From the NCBI RefSeq assembly GCF_009914755.1, contig NC_060929.1: a stretch of 64,000 nucleotides of DNA; one strand, written 5' to 3'. The notes under the pieces were generated by a model that saw nothing but the letters and a program-made list of their open reading frames with translations, was not told where the DNA came from and made no database searches. Shown in pieces: positions 45,476 through 58,880 of the stretch. The translations under genes were made by a program, and so were the position numbers. Position 1 is the first letter of the stretch; every line of letters begins with the position of its first letter. Source of the DNA: the human T2T-CHM13v2.0 reference genome, Homo sapiens.

Positions 45476-46887
45476 ACATTAATAGAATTAAGTGGGGAAT
45501 ACCCAGATAATCATCTCAACTGATAGAGAAAAAGCATTTGACAAAAATCCGATGTCCTTTCCCTATCAATACTCAACAAAGTAGGAATAGAAGGGAACTT
45601 CCCAAACATGATAAAGATCATTCATTTAAAAAAATCATAGTTATCGTACTCAATGATGAAAGGCTGAAAGCTTTCCCTTTAAGATCAGGAACAAGATAAG
45701 GATGCCCTCTTTTATGACTTCTATTCAACATCTTAATAGAAGTTCTAGCCAGAGCAACTAACCAGGAAAAAGAAATAAAGGTATCCATAATGAAAAGATA
45801 GAAGTAAAATCCTTATTCACAGATGACATGATCTTATATACAAAAAATCCTGAAGACTCCGCAAAAAGACTAGTAGAGCTAATAAGAGAATTCAGAAAAG
45901 TTGCAGGATATAAGACCAACAAGCAAAAATCAGCTTTATTTTAATACGTTAGCAATGAACAATCCAAAAATTAAATTTAAAAAAGTTTTATTTACCATAG
46001 CATCAAAAAGAATAAAATATTAGGAATAATTGACCAAGGAAGTGAAAAACTTGCATGTTGAAAACTATAAAACATCACAGAAAGAAATTAAAGAAGACCA
46101 AATAAATAGAAAGATACCCATGGTCATGAACTGAAGAGTTGATATTATGCAGATTGCAAAAGGACTCAAAGTGATCTGCAGATTCTAAGCAATCCCTATC
46201 AAAATTCCAAATTTTTGCAGAAATAGAATTCATATGGAGGTTCAAGCAACTCTGAATAACCAAAAACATAGTGAAAAAGAATAAGTAGGAAGATTTATAC
46301 TTCCTGATCTCGAAACTTATCACAAAGCTACAGTAATCAAAACGTGATAACAGACATATAGAACAAAATTAAGAATCCAGATGTCAACTTGTACATCTAT
46401 GGTCAATTGATTTTTGACAATGATAGCCAAGGCTGTTCAGTGGGGAAAGAACAGAAGAGCCATCTCTTCAACAAATAGGGTTACGACAACTGGATAACCA
46501 CATGCAAAAGAATAAAGTTGGATCCTTACCTCATTCCATATACAAAGTTAACTCAAAGTGGACAAATGTAAGAGCTAAAACTATACAACTCTTAGAAGAA
46601 AACATGAGGGTAAATCTTCATCACTTTGGATTTGACAATAGATTACAGGATGTAACACCAAAAGCACCAGCAACAAAAGAAAAATAGATAAATTTGACTT
46701 CATATAAATTAAAAAAAAATGTACATCAAATGACACTATAAAGACAGTGAAAAGACAATCCAAAGAATGGGAGAAAATATTTACCTGTCGTCTGTCTGGC
46801 AAAGATCTGGTATTCAGAATCTGTAAGGAACCCTTACAGTTCAAAATAAAAGACAAACAACCCAACTTAAAAATGGGCAAAAGACTT

Positions 46888-47318
46888 TGTATCAGTTTCC
46901 CAGCTTCTGTAACAAATTCCTCAAGTTGGTGGTCATTTATTCTCTCACACTTCTCAAAATAAGAAGCCTGAAACGGACGTGTCAGTAAGGCCACACTCCC
47001 TCTGAAAGCTCTAGGGGAGAACCCTTCCTTCCCTCTGTCAGCTCCTGGTGACTCCTGGTGTTGCTTGACTTCTGACAGCATAACTCTAATTTCTGCTTCC
47101 ATCTTCATATGATCTTCTTCACTGTGTCTCTGTTTTATCTTTTTCTATCTCCTACAAAGAGAATGGTCCTTGTATTTAGAGCCCAACCTATATGCAGGAT
47201 GACCTCATCTTAACTTAATTATATCTTCAAAGACTATTTCCAAATGAGCTAAATTTCACAGATGATAAGGGTTAAAACTTGGACATATCTTTTTGGGGCC
47301 ACTTCACAACCCTCTACA
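46888..47318 (-). mobile_element. MaLR MLT1-type LTR
   Basis: tgtatcagtttcccagcttctgtaacaaatt...cactccctctgaaagctctaggggaga...gacctcatcttaacttaattatatct. Confidence 0.8.
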
Positions 47319-49056
47319 GACTTGAGCAGATATTTCTCCAAAGAAGATGTACAAATGGCCATAAAACACACAAAAATGCTTAATGTCATTAATCATTAGG
47401 GAAATGTGAATCAAAATCGCAATGCTGTATCTCTTCACACCCATTAGGTTGGGCATAATCAAAACAACATAAAATATGAAAGGATAGCAATGATGGAGAT
47501 ACTGGACCCCTCATCTATTGCTGGTGGGAATGAAAGATTGTGCCACTACTGTGGAAAACAGTTTGGTGGTCCCTCAAAAAGTTAAACATAGAATTGCCTG
47601 TCAGAAGATGGAGCAGTTTTATTTCTAGGTATAAATCCAAAATAATTGAAAACAGGTATTCAAACAAACATTGCATGTAAATGTACATAGAAACACTATT
47701 CACAATAGACAAAAGGTGAAATCAACCCAAATTTCCATCAACTAATTAATCAATAAACAAAATGTGATACAGCCATACAGTGGAATATTATTCAGCCATA
47801 CCAAATGAGACATTGATCCATGCTAAAACGTAGATGAGTCTTGAAAACATTATACTAAATGATACAAAAGGTCACGTATTGTATGATTCCACGTATGTGA
47901 AGTGAATTCAGATAGCTAAGTCTATAGTGACGAAGTTGTAGTTTGCTGGTGCCAGGGCTGGGAGCAAGGGAGAATGAAGAGTTACTTTTTAATTTTGAAA
48001 AACTCCCCCATGATAGCAACTAAAACTATCAACAAAAATCCGAGGAATGAATCTAATAAAATATTTTATGAAGAAAAATATGAAACAAAATTCAAGTAAT
48101 AAAGACCTAAATGCATAGAGAAATATACTGTGTCTGTCTCATAGACATCAAATCTTCCCAAATTTATTATGACTTTAATGTAATTCCAATAAAAATTAAA
48201 TGAGGTTTCCCGTGAAACTTTAATAAGCCACATTAAAAAGGAAATGAACAGTAGGACAGTTTTCAAGAAAAATTAGACAAGGAGAGTTGTGCTACCAGAA
48301 ATAAAGACTTACTGAGTGCCATAATAATTAAGACAGTGGCGAATTTGCAATGGGATAAAAGAGAACACCAAAAGAAACATAATGTATGCCTCCAGAAAAT
48401 GTGATAAATTACAAAAGCGACCTTACATGTAAGTGGGGTCTTGTTTATCTGATATACGTCTTTTAGCTCTTCCCTCTTTCCTCTTTTCTACCAGGGAGGT
48501 AGATCTGAAGGTTGGACTGCCAGCAGCTCTTTTGTACCACAAGGAGATGAAGACGGGAGCGATGTGCTATTTGTGGCACTGCATAAATATGACACCTTTT
48601 CAGCCACAGACAACCTCGAGATTTATTTTATGTGATGGGAAAATAAAGTTCAAAGCTCTTCGTTGTTTAAGCCACTGTGTGAAGGTTTTTACAAGTGATT
48701 AAGTATATTCCTAAGTAACATTTACTATTTATTTTCTTCTTCTCCTACCATGGATGAGAACAAGGAATGCACAAAACAGAGATGGGGCAGGGAGATTATA
48801 CCATCTACTTAACAATCTTTTGACATAATAGTGATGAGTATAGCATCACCTTGACTATTGAATTATAAACTAAAAGACCTAACCACAGTCATTCTCAGAA
48901 CCGAACTGAATCAGCATTAACAGAAAGGGGGAAATGAGAAGTGTGAGGGATTTGTCAGAAGAAAAAATAAAGAGCCCTTTCATTACTTGTAACTTATATC
49001 TTAGCCTGGAGGATATTGGTGAAAATACCCTTTTCCATCCTTTTTTAGAATTCATT

Positions 49057-49310
49057 TATTTATTTATTTTTGAAATGGAGTCTTGCTCCATCTCCCAGGC
49101 TGGAGTGCAGTGGCACAATTTCGGCTCCCTGCAACCTCCGTCTCCCAGACTCTAATCATTCTCCTGCTTCAGCTTCCCGAGTAGCTGCGATTACAGGTGT
49201 GCACCACCACACTAGGCTAATTTTGTTTCACCATGTTGGTCAGGCTGGTCTCGAACTCCTGACCTCAAGTGATCCGCCCACCTCGGCCTCCCGAAGTGCT
49301 GGGATTACAG
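49057..49310 (-). mobile_element. Alu with internal deletion
   Basis: Antisense dimer lacking part of the middle A-rich/left-arm junction and the 5' end. Confidence 0.88.
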
Positions 49311-49767
49311 ACCTTTTCCTTCTTGTGTGCAGAAAATAACATTTTAAAATCAAATCTGAGAGGAAAAGAGCTACATGTTTTATAATAAAATGTTCACTTT
49401 GAGGTGCAGATATTAAACAATGTTTCCAGAACTTTGGGATTTATCCTCTATTTATTATACTCAAGCCCAGATATATTTGAAAAGGGCCTTCCTTTCATAT
49501 TTTTAAAAAAGAAAAAAAAAGCCTTACTGTTTCAAAAAGCAGGTTGCATTCACGCTTTGTTTGCACATCAAGTGATTTTTTAGTCTAGAAACAGCTCCAC
49601 CTGCTGGAACTTTGTGTTTTGCTGGAAGTTTTTGTTTTGTTTTGCTCTGAAAGTTTGAGACAGGCAGGCAGGCAGGCAGGTTTTTGCAGAGATTTCTTGC
49701 TATATACTGAGTCGTAAAAGTTTTGAGTTATTGTCATGATACCAGACACATTGCTTTACCATAATAG

Positions 49768-50155
49768 TTGTTATGGGCTGAATCGTGCTCATTTCCCCAA
49801 CCCCAATTTGTATTGTGGAGTCCTAACTCCCAGTAGTCTCAGAATGTGACTGTTCAGAGACTGGTCCTTAAAAGAGGTAATCAAAGTAAAATGAGGTCCT
49901 ATGGGTGGTCCCCAATCCAATATGACTGCTGTCCTTACGGAGGAGGTGAGGACACAGACACACACAGAGGGACAACCACGTAAGGACACAGGGAGGAGGC
50001 AATTCTGTAAGCCAAGGAGAAAGGCCTCAGGAGAACCAGCCCTGCCCACACCTTGGTCTTGGAGCTCCAGCTCCAGATGGTGAGAAAACAATTACTGTTG
50101 TTTAAACTACCCAGTCTGTGGTATTTGGTTAAGGTCGTCCTACCAAATGAATACA
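49768..50155 (+). mobile_element. MaLR MLT1B-like LTR
   Basis: tgttatgggctgaat...aatccaatatgactgctgtcctta...aggcctcaggagaaccagccctgcccacaccttg...aatgaataca. Confidence 0.82.
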
Positions 50156-50601
50156 ATCGTCTTTTAGTAAGTATTTGTCCACACCACCACTTTATCAAAA
50201 TGTATGAGAAAATGTTTAAATCATTGGCCCGGCCATGAAACGGGAAGAAACACTTTTCCTCATGTCTCTTGTGATGACGGTAAAAATTTCATGGCCATCT
50301 GGCCGTTGTTTTCACCTGAATGTTTTCATTTGAAATGGCATTCCACTCTCAGATTTGAGTACATTGGAAACACTGACATAAAGCAACCAAGGATAGCTGA
50401 AGTTTCATCTTCTGCCACTCAGCAAAGAAGGTACAGTTGATTACTAACAGCTAGACTTATTTCTATTTTCAGTTTCTCTGGATGCTGTGCCTTTTCACCC
50501 TCAAATTCTAAAAGAACTTGTGATATATAAACTATTTTTCACATTTTATATTATTATTTTACTAAAGAGAAAACGAGCATAGAGAGATTGAGTAACTTGC
50601 C

Positions 50602-50764
50602 AATAATTAAATATTATATTATAAATTATTATATTAATAATGAATAATTATTATAACAATTAATTATAATATTAATAATTAATATAATTAATAATCAATA
50701 TAATATAATTATTAATATGGTTAATAATTAATATAATTATTAATGTAATTAATTATTATTATTA
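50602..50764. repeat. AT-rich low-complexity tract inside a MIR-like element
   Basis: ~160 bp of TAAT/ATTA motifs between gagtaacttgcc and aggtctgactccaga. Confidence 0.85.
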
Positions 50765-51548
50765 GAAAGTAGCAGATGTAGTCTTTAAGTTCAGGAGGTC
50801 TGACTCCAGAATCTAAGTCTTTAACCTATCTCTGGATGACTTTTAAGATAACAAACTGTAAAAACATCATTAATCTAAACAGAGAGTAGAATGATGGTTT
50901 CCAGGGGCTGCTGGGTGGAAGAAAATAGGGGGATGCTGGTCAAGGGCTACAAACTTTTGATTAAAGATAAATAAGGAGATCTAATGTACAGCATGGTGAC
51001 TATAGTTTATTAATAATAATGCATTGTATACTCGAAATTTGCTAAGAGAGTAGATCTTAAGTGTTATCACTGAAAAGAAAATAGAAAAAGTACATATGCG
51101 AGGTGTTGGGTAGGTTAATTAGCTTGATTGTTACACAACACATATGTACATCAAAACATCACATTATATACCTTAAATATATCTGATGTTTATTTGTCAA
51201 TCATACTTCAATTAAAAATCATTGATCTAGAAGTTAAGAAAGCAAACAAATAGATGTCTAGCCTGTGACCCAGATTCTATTTGTTTTCTTAGAAAAGGAA
51301 AACAAACCCGCTCACCAACAAAGCCACAGAATCATAAGGGCTCAGGCGCCCCATAGGACTGTCTCAGCCAACATCAGACAGTGCATGTGTGGCAGGATCT
51401 CCTAGCTGCTCCCCAAACCCACGGCCTTCTCTTCCTCCTGGGCTAACAGCCGGACCACGCTGCCCAGCCCCTCACAGCTAAGGGAATGTGACGTCCTCCA
51501 TGCTTGGCCTAGGAACACCATCTGGGCACATGGAGGTAGGGCTTATAT

Positions 51549-51649
51549 TTCTATCTTTAAATTAACGCCTACTTCGCACTGACTGTTTAGCAGTAGAATA
51601 CTACCTGCTAAACAGTCAGTGCGAAGTAGGCGTTAATTTAAGGATAGAA
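51549..51649. repeat. Near-perfect inverted repeat (45-bp arms, 11-nt spacer)
   Basis: 51549-51593 is the reverse complement of 51605-51649 with one mismatch. Confidence 0.97.
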
Positions 51650-52199
51650 GAGCTTTGTAAGTAAAAACCAGTTAATCTTCACAACCCTATGTGTGGTGAT
51701 GTTATTTATCGCCATTATATGAATGAGAAAAAGGAGGATTAGAGAGTTTCTTGTGCAAATTAATTTGCCCAAAGTCACAAAACTACAAAGTAGAGGAGTC
51801 AAAGTTGGAACCTCAGCCTTTAAGGAGCACTCTGCCACCACAAGCCAGTACCATACTGTTTGACTTCCCAGCCTCCAGAACCATGAGCCATATATATTTA
51901 TATTCTTTATAAATTACCCAGTCTGTGATATTCGATTATCACAGCAGAAAAAGAGCTAAGACACATAGGCAGAAGAACTGATCAAGTATTTTATAGAAGA
52001 GGAACTACTTTTTATAATCATGTTAAAGAATACCCAACCTCATTAACAAGCAGGGAAATATAAATTTAAATGGCATTGCGAGGCCAGCAATTCCAGCTTA
52101 GACACATTCCCTGGAGAAACTCCTTCCCATGTGCACAGGAACAAGTCCCATGAGTTCATGGCCACATCATTCGCACCAATGTTCATCAACAGCAGAATA

Positions 52200-53490
52200 G
52201 AAATAAATGGTGTTGGGAAACTGGCTATTCATATGCAGAAGAAGGAAATTGGACTCATCTCACTCCTTATGCAAGAATCAACTAAAATGGATGAAAAACT
52301 TAACAAAAGTCCCGACACTCTAAAACTACTAGAAGAAAACATTAGAGAAAAGCTCCATGACACTGGTCTGGACCATGATTTCTTGGATATGACCTGAAAA
52401 GCACAAGCAATGAAAAAGCAAAAATAGACAAATGGGATTGCAGGAAACTGGAAGGCTTCTGTACAGCAAAAGAAGCAGTTGATTGAAGGAAGGAACATAC
52501 CACAGGTAGGAAGAAAATACTTGTAAATTATATATTGGATAAGGCACTAATATGCAAAATATGTAAAGAACTGAAACTAATCAATAATAAGAAAACAAAT
52601 AACCCTCTTTAAAAGTGAGCAAAGGACCTGAATAGACATTTCTCAAAAGAAGACATATGAATGGTCAATAAGTGTACGAAAAAATGCTCACATCAGAAAA
52701 ATGCAAATTATAAGCACAATGGTTATCACCTCACACCTCTCAAAATGGATAGTATCAAAAAGAGGAAAGACAAGTGCTGGTGAAGATGTGGAGAAAGGGA
52801 ACCCTAGGGCACCGTTGGTGGGAATGGAAATTAGTACAGCCACGATGGAGACAAGTATAGAGGTTTCTCAAAAGACGAAAAATGGAACTGCCATATGATC
52901 CAGTAATCCCACTATGTGTATACCCAAAGGAATTGAAATCAGTGTATCAAAGAGATATCTGACTCTCATGTTCATTGCAGCACTGTTCACAGCAGCCAAG
53001 ATATGGAAGCAACCTAGGTGTTCATCAATGGATGAGTGAATTCAAAAAATTATGGCCTATATACACAATGGAACACTATTCAACCTTTCAAAAGAAGGAA
53101 ATTCTGTCATTTGTAACAACATAAATAAATCTTGAGGACAATATATTAACTGAAAGAAGTCAGGCACTGAAGGATAAATACGGCCTGATCTGACATGCGG
53201 AGTCTAAAGATGTCAAACTCCTAGGAGTAGAGAGTGGAATGAAGGAGTAAGTTCTGGTGATCTATGGCACAGCATAGTAACTATAATTAATACTAATATA
53301 TTGTATATTTCAAAATTGCTAACAGAGTGGATTTTAAATGTTCTTGCCACAAGAAAAGGATGTGAGTATGTGAATGAGCCTGATTGAATCATTCCACAAT
53401 GTATAAATGCACCAAAACATCACATTGTATCCCACAAATACATACAATTATTTGTCAAATAAAATTAAACTTAAAATAAAAATAAAATAC
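52200..53490 (+). mobile_element. L1MA-like 3' end
   Basis: aaatggtgttgggaaactgg...gacatttctcaaaagaagacata...ccatatgatccagtaatcccact...aaacatcacattgtatccc, A-rich tail. Confidence 0.85.
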
Positions 53491-53526
53491 TTAATTGATA
53501 CATAATAATTGTATATATTCAGGGTG

Positions 53527-53869
53527 TACCTCGTGCCGCTCATATGCCATTGTGGACAGAAGGGCACCCTGAGAAGCTGGGCAACACACCCAGCAAACCG
53601 CACGGACCTGTCGGCTCCCAGGGTTGAGCAGCATCTGAGGGCTGAGGCAGGTCACCCTGTGAGGTCAATAAAGGAGATGCAAGTGAGTAAGAGACACCAG
53701 TGTGTGGAGCAGGGGGTCCAGGACACAGCCTGTAGTGATAGTCCCTTAGCCACGAGTGTCAGAAGGTGGACTATCAACAAGAACACAAATATCCTCTCTC
53801 ACTGTGGTTGCTGCAAGAAGCCACCAGGATGGAGCCTCTCCAAGATGTGAAATTGTCCCTTCCCATCAT
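53527..53869 (-). pseudogene. Highly decayed olfactory-receptor relic (N-terminus to end of TM3)
   Basis: Across frameshifts: MMGRDNFTSWRGSILV, ERIFVFLLIVHLLTLV, LDPLLHT, LLTCISFIDL, PQMLLN, SVRFAGCVAQL, ALLSTMAYERH; splice acceptor ttttctttttctcacAG 15 nt before the ATG. Confidence 0.8.
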
Positions 53870-53973
53870 CACCTTCTGAGTGACCTGTGAGAAAAAGAAA
53901 ACAATAAATCACTCGACTACTGCGCTCTGTCCCGGGTGTGAGCGTGCTGCATAGGACCTAGGACCAACTTTAA

Positions 53974-54468
<495 letters not shown>

Positions 54469-55234
54469 TGCTTTATTCTTCATAAGATCTTCCACCCATC
54501 CCAACTGACCTGTTCTGTGTTCCATGCACCCTTGTCTAATTGTCAAGCACCAATCACATAATCAAATCCCTCGGTGAGGTGAAAAATAGTAGAATTGCTT
54601 ACACTAAAGGCAGAAACTTACCTAAAATAGAATGAATACAGTGATCATCTCCAGGCCCTAAATTTGGGGAAATCCAGGCTGCAGACAGAGACCCAAAGAG
54701 GTGGCCAGGTGTGGAGAAGGAAGTGACTCACTGCTGCACTGACAGATATTCATCCTGTTGATCTGGTGCTGAAAGAGGGGGCCTGCCCTCCCCTCTCCTG
54801 TCCCCATCGTCTCCTCGGACTGTTTTCCATCTCACAGCTACATGGATATTTGTTTTACTCTTACTATATCTGGATAAAAATAAGCAACAAAAGATTGAGA
54901 GTTGTATTTCCCACGAATCTATGCCCACGAAGAAATACTCTGTTTCAAGTTAGTAATAGCAATTTCCATGGCTGGTCACCTGGAGGGGGAAGGTGGATTT
55001 TGATATTAAGGTTAATTCATGGCTTTCTACACACACTGTAAAAGATAAGGCTGAACTCTTAGAGATTCCCACCTCAGTTTGCCCCCTTTTATGGTGGACA
55101 CAATAACTAAAAGATGTATACTACTTTATACTCTAGAATCTTCATGTAGTGAGCTCGTTTAACCCTTGAAGTGACTCAGTTCTATACAGAACCAAAAGAA
55201 AAGATAGGGGGAGGAATCGTGGCTGATATCAGTG

Positions 55235-55440
55235 ATTCCCACACGTGTGCATTAGAATCAGCAGAGGGTTTGTTAAAGCACAGATGACTGTCCCCCTTCC
55301 CGCAGAGTCTCTGATTGAAGAGGTCAGGCTGGGGTCCAAGAGTTCAAATTTCTAACAAGTTCCTGGGAGCTGGTGATGCTGCTGGTTGGGGACCCCTGAG
55401 ACAATGGCCTCCTTTGGGACACTCTGAAAACCACTGTCTT
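55235..55440. mobile_element. MER5A-like DNA transposon
   Basis: gcattagaatcagcagagggtttgttaaagcacagatg...atttctaacaagttcctggg..gatgctgctggt...aaaaccactg. Confidence 0.7.
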
Positions 55441-56644
55441 ATCTTGTTATTCTTCCAAGAGTACCTTCATGTTATCATTCATTGAATAGCCATTCAATTA
55501 AGGAAATATTAAGGTGTTTCCTTCATGAAATATTTAATAAGCAAATTGGTGAAGGAATTATGATAATGATCTTACAATGTTCAGTAGAAGGACATGAAGC
55601 AGTTGACGGCAAACCTTAGCTCCCGCGACCTGAATAATGCCCGGCTTGTACACCATACCGACCTCACACGCCCAGGCTGCCTCCTTCATCCCTCACTGCC
55701 TGTTCCGAGTGAAAATTGGCGTCAGTCTAAATAAACTAAGTTGTGAATGGATACTTACAAGCATGCACATTTTTGCACATAATGTACATATGCACATATT
55801 TGCATAGGATGTGGTGTGGGAGCATGGTTATTGCTAAAGACCACAGGAAAACAGATTATATTAAATGTAGTTTAATAGGTTAAAATTAAGTATAAGGCTC
55901 AAACAACTTTTCAGTAAAGATACTTGTATATGAAGAAGATTTTTCTCATTTACTTCTTCCTTTTTCAGATGTTAGAGGTGGGTCTGATGAAAACAAAATT
56001 GAAAGATTGAAATGCCATCTAAGTCCAGTTAGATTCACACTGAACAAACAATACTTCTGGCATTTGTTTTCTGTTCACAAAGTATACCCTCAGCTCTGGC
56101 CTACTATCTCACCCCAGTGTGCAAGAATCAGAAAAGGAACTTATAAATAAATGTAGATAACTACTGGAAATTCAACTCAACAAGCATAAATAGAGCATAT
56201 AACATCATACCATAAAGTCAGTGTTTCCCCCTTCTATTACATAAATCATTCAAAAGCCGCAAGGAGAATTAAAATCAGAAGTTGAATTTCCATTTTCAGA
56301 GAAACTGAGAATTATCTAAAACTCCAAACCACAAAATGTCGAGGACGGTGAACCAGGTGGGAATTGAGCACTGGTGTGAGATGAAGTGGAAGAGGTTGCT
56401 TGGAAAGATGACTCTGCAGCTACAGAGCTCAGAAAGACACAGCAGAAGATACTTCTCAAAGCACACCCTTGGGTCGAAAACTATCTCTCTTATTTCAGTG
56501 GAGGTGACCACAGGTATCGGCTGGTGGCAAATTTGATTTTGGAAAGCTGAAGAACAGGCCAAATAAGGAATCATATGAATAGGTCATATTTCTAAAGAGT
56601 GGCTAGCCTCATATCAGATGAGGAGATAGGAACTACATTCAGTG

Positions 56645-57122
56645 GGCTGGAGTGCAGTAGATCATAGCTCACTGCAACCTCAAACTCCTGGATTAAAGTG
56701 ATCCTCCTGCCTCAGCCTCCCGAATAGCTGGGACTACAGGTACATGTCACCATGCCCGGCCAGTGAAACTTTTTCTAATAAACCAAAGCAATTAAAATAG
56801 CTTCTGTGTCTCCTTTGGCTAGGGAAAAGTAAAAGGTAAGCAAACACACAGAAAATCCTAGTTCATCAGAAAAAAAATCCAGTGATTCTGCAAGAAGGCC
56901 CTGGATGCACCTCATGCAAACTTCATGCAAATAGTTATTAATGAAAAACACACTTCCACCAGGCACAGTGGCTCACACCTCTAATTCCAGAACTTTGGGA
57001 GGCCAAGGTGGGATGATTTCTTGAGCCCAGGAGTTAGAAGTTAGAGTGAGCTATGATTGCAACACTGCACTCCAGCCTGGGTGACTGAGTGAGACCCCAT
57101 CTCCAAAAAAAAGAAAAAGAAA
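56645..57122. mobile_element. Two Alu monomer fragments in opposite orientation (~56645-56761 minus, ~56961-57122 plus)
   Basis: ggctggagtgcagt...ccatgcccggcc and aggcacagtggctcacacc...gagaccccatctcc. Confidence 0.82.
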
Positions 57123-57149
57123 CACACGCTTCCTCCAATGATGAGCAAT

Positions 57150-58880
57150 AAAAAGGAACCAGCAAAATACATGTACAAAAATAACGTAAGAAAAATATTT
57201 CATGTTCAAATAGATCAGAGGGTGAAAAAAAGAAAATAAAAAAAAGAAACAATGATCAAAAGAAGAGGAAATGTAAGTAACAGATAGACAAAGACACCAG
57301 AAAAAAAATGTTGCCAAGGAGCGGAGAAAAATTAGCACAAGTATTAATTAGGACAATAACAGTTTTTAAAGACATAATGAAGCAACCACCTCTAACAAGC
57401 ATGAATGTAGTGAAGAGATTTAAAAGTTCAGAGAACATAAGGTAAGAAAACAGGATGTGAACTGCGACCCAGCAAAGATCAGGAAACACAGGGAAAGAAA
57501 AAAAGATTAAATCGTCACAGAAAAGAAGGCAAAATTGGATGGGGCGCAGGAAGAGACATGGACACAACACAGCAAGGGTCACAGAAGAGAGAAAGAGAGA
57601 AATGAATAAATGAAAACAGAAATAAATTAAGTTTAAAGAAATTAGAGAGTAACAGCTATGGAAGAAAAGCAGTATAAAATTGGAGTACTCAAAGAAAAAA
57701 TAAAAATATTGAAAACAGAACAAATATTTAAAAATATAATATTGGAAAGCACTCCTGTGAAAATGTGAATTGAAAATGTGATTTAAAGAGCATACCATAT
57801 TCTCTGGAAGACTGATCTGTATCAGGTCAACAGTGAGACAATCCTGGTAAAGATGGTCTCTATTTCAAAGATATAGAACCCACTGGGCAGATGAGCAAAT
57901 GGATTAAGTCACTTGAGAGAGCAAATAAATCAGGCTGGTTCAGACGCCTCTGCAGTATTCATCACTAGATGACCCTAGAGCAGAGCCTGTGAAATCCTCA
58001 ACAGGGCTGCCCAGGGTGTGTTGGGACCAGGCAAATACATTTATTGCGGAGACCCTGTCCATATAAAAAAACTAGTCCCTCAAAACACTGTGGTACAGAC
58101 ATAAAGACAGGCATATAGACCAATTGAATAGGATAATGAGTTCAGAAATTAACACTCACAAAAATCAATTGATTTTTGACAAAAGTGACAAGACCATTCA
58201 ATGGAGAAAGAAAATTTTTAACAAATGGTGCTGAAAAAATTGGATACCCACATGAAAAAGAATAGGGATGGATGCTTACCTTATACTACGTAAAAAGATT
58301 AACTAAGATGGACTGAAGACCTATAAGAGCTAAATTATTGACTTTGAAAAGAAAGCCTGGGGGAAATCTTCCCGATGTTGGATTTGGCAATGGTTTCTTG
58401 GATATGACACCCAAAACACAGGTAACAAAATAAATGGGAGATAAACTGGGCTTCATAAAAATTAAAAACTTTTGTACAATAAAGGATACAATCAGGAGAC
58501 TACAAAGGCAAGGAAAACACAGATTGGGAGAAAAAAATTAAAGCACACATTGGATAAGAGATTAATATCCAGAATATATAAATAATTCCTACAACTCAAC
58601 AACCAAAAATAAGCAATCCAATTTAAAAATGGCCAAAGGACTTGAATACACATTTCTCCATAAAGGATATACAGATAGCAAACAAGGACATGAAAAGATG
58701 CTCAACATCACTAATCATTAGGAAATGCAAAAGCAAACCACAATGAGATATCACTTCCCACTCACAGGGCTGATAAAAAATAACAAGTGTTGGTGAGAAT
58801 GTGGAGAAACTGGAATGCCACGCATTGCTGCTGGGAATGTAAAATGGCACGGTTGCCGTGGGAAACAGTGGGGCATACTG
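57150..58880 (+). mobile_element. Old L1M fragments
   Basis: A-rich ORF1-like stretch, then ttgatttttgacaaaagtgacaagaccattcaatgg and aagatgctcaacatcactaatcattaggaaatgcaaa. Confidence 0.7.

Larger units (their letters stand above)
41030..47990 (+). mobile_element. Long decayed L1M (ORF1-ORF2-3'UTR) with an inverted segment (~42520-42890) and nested inserts
   Basis: Collinear L1 motifs: gctgaaaacttcccaaatctgatg (ORF1), aaaatagactttaag (EN), attcacagatgacatgatctta (RT), tattgtatgattccac (3'UTR). Confidence 0.8.

Noticed and set aside
55600-55760. Possible 5' non-coding exon or promoter of the OR relic (CpG patch, minus-strand GTAAGT at 55753-55758)
   Set aside because: A lone donor hexamer and a few CpGs are insufficient evidence.
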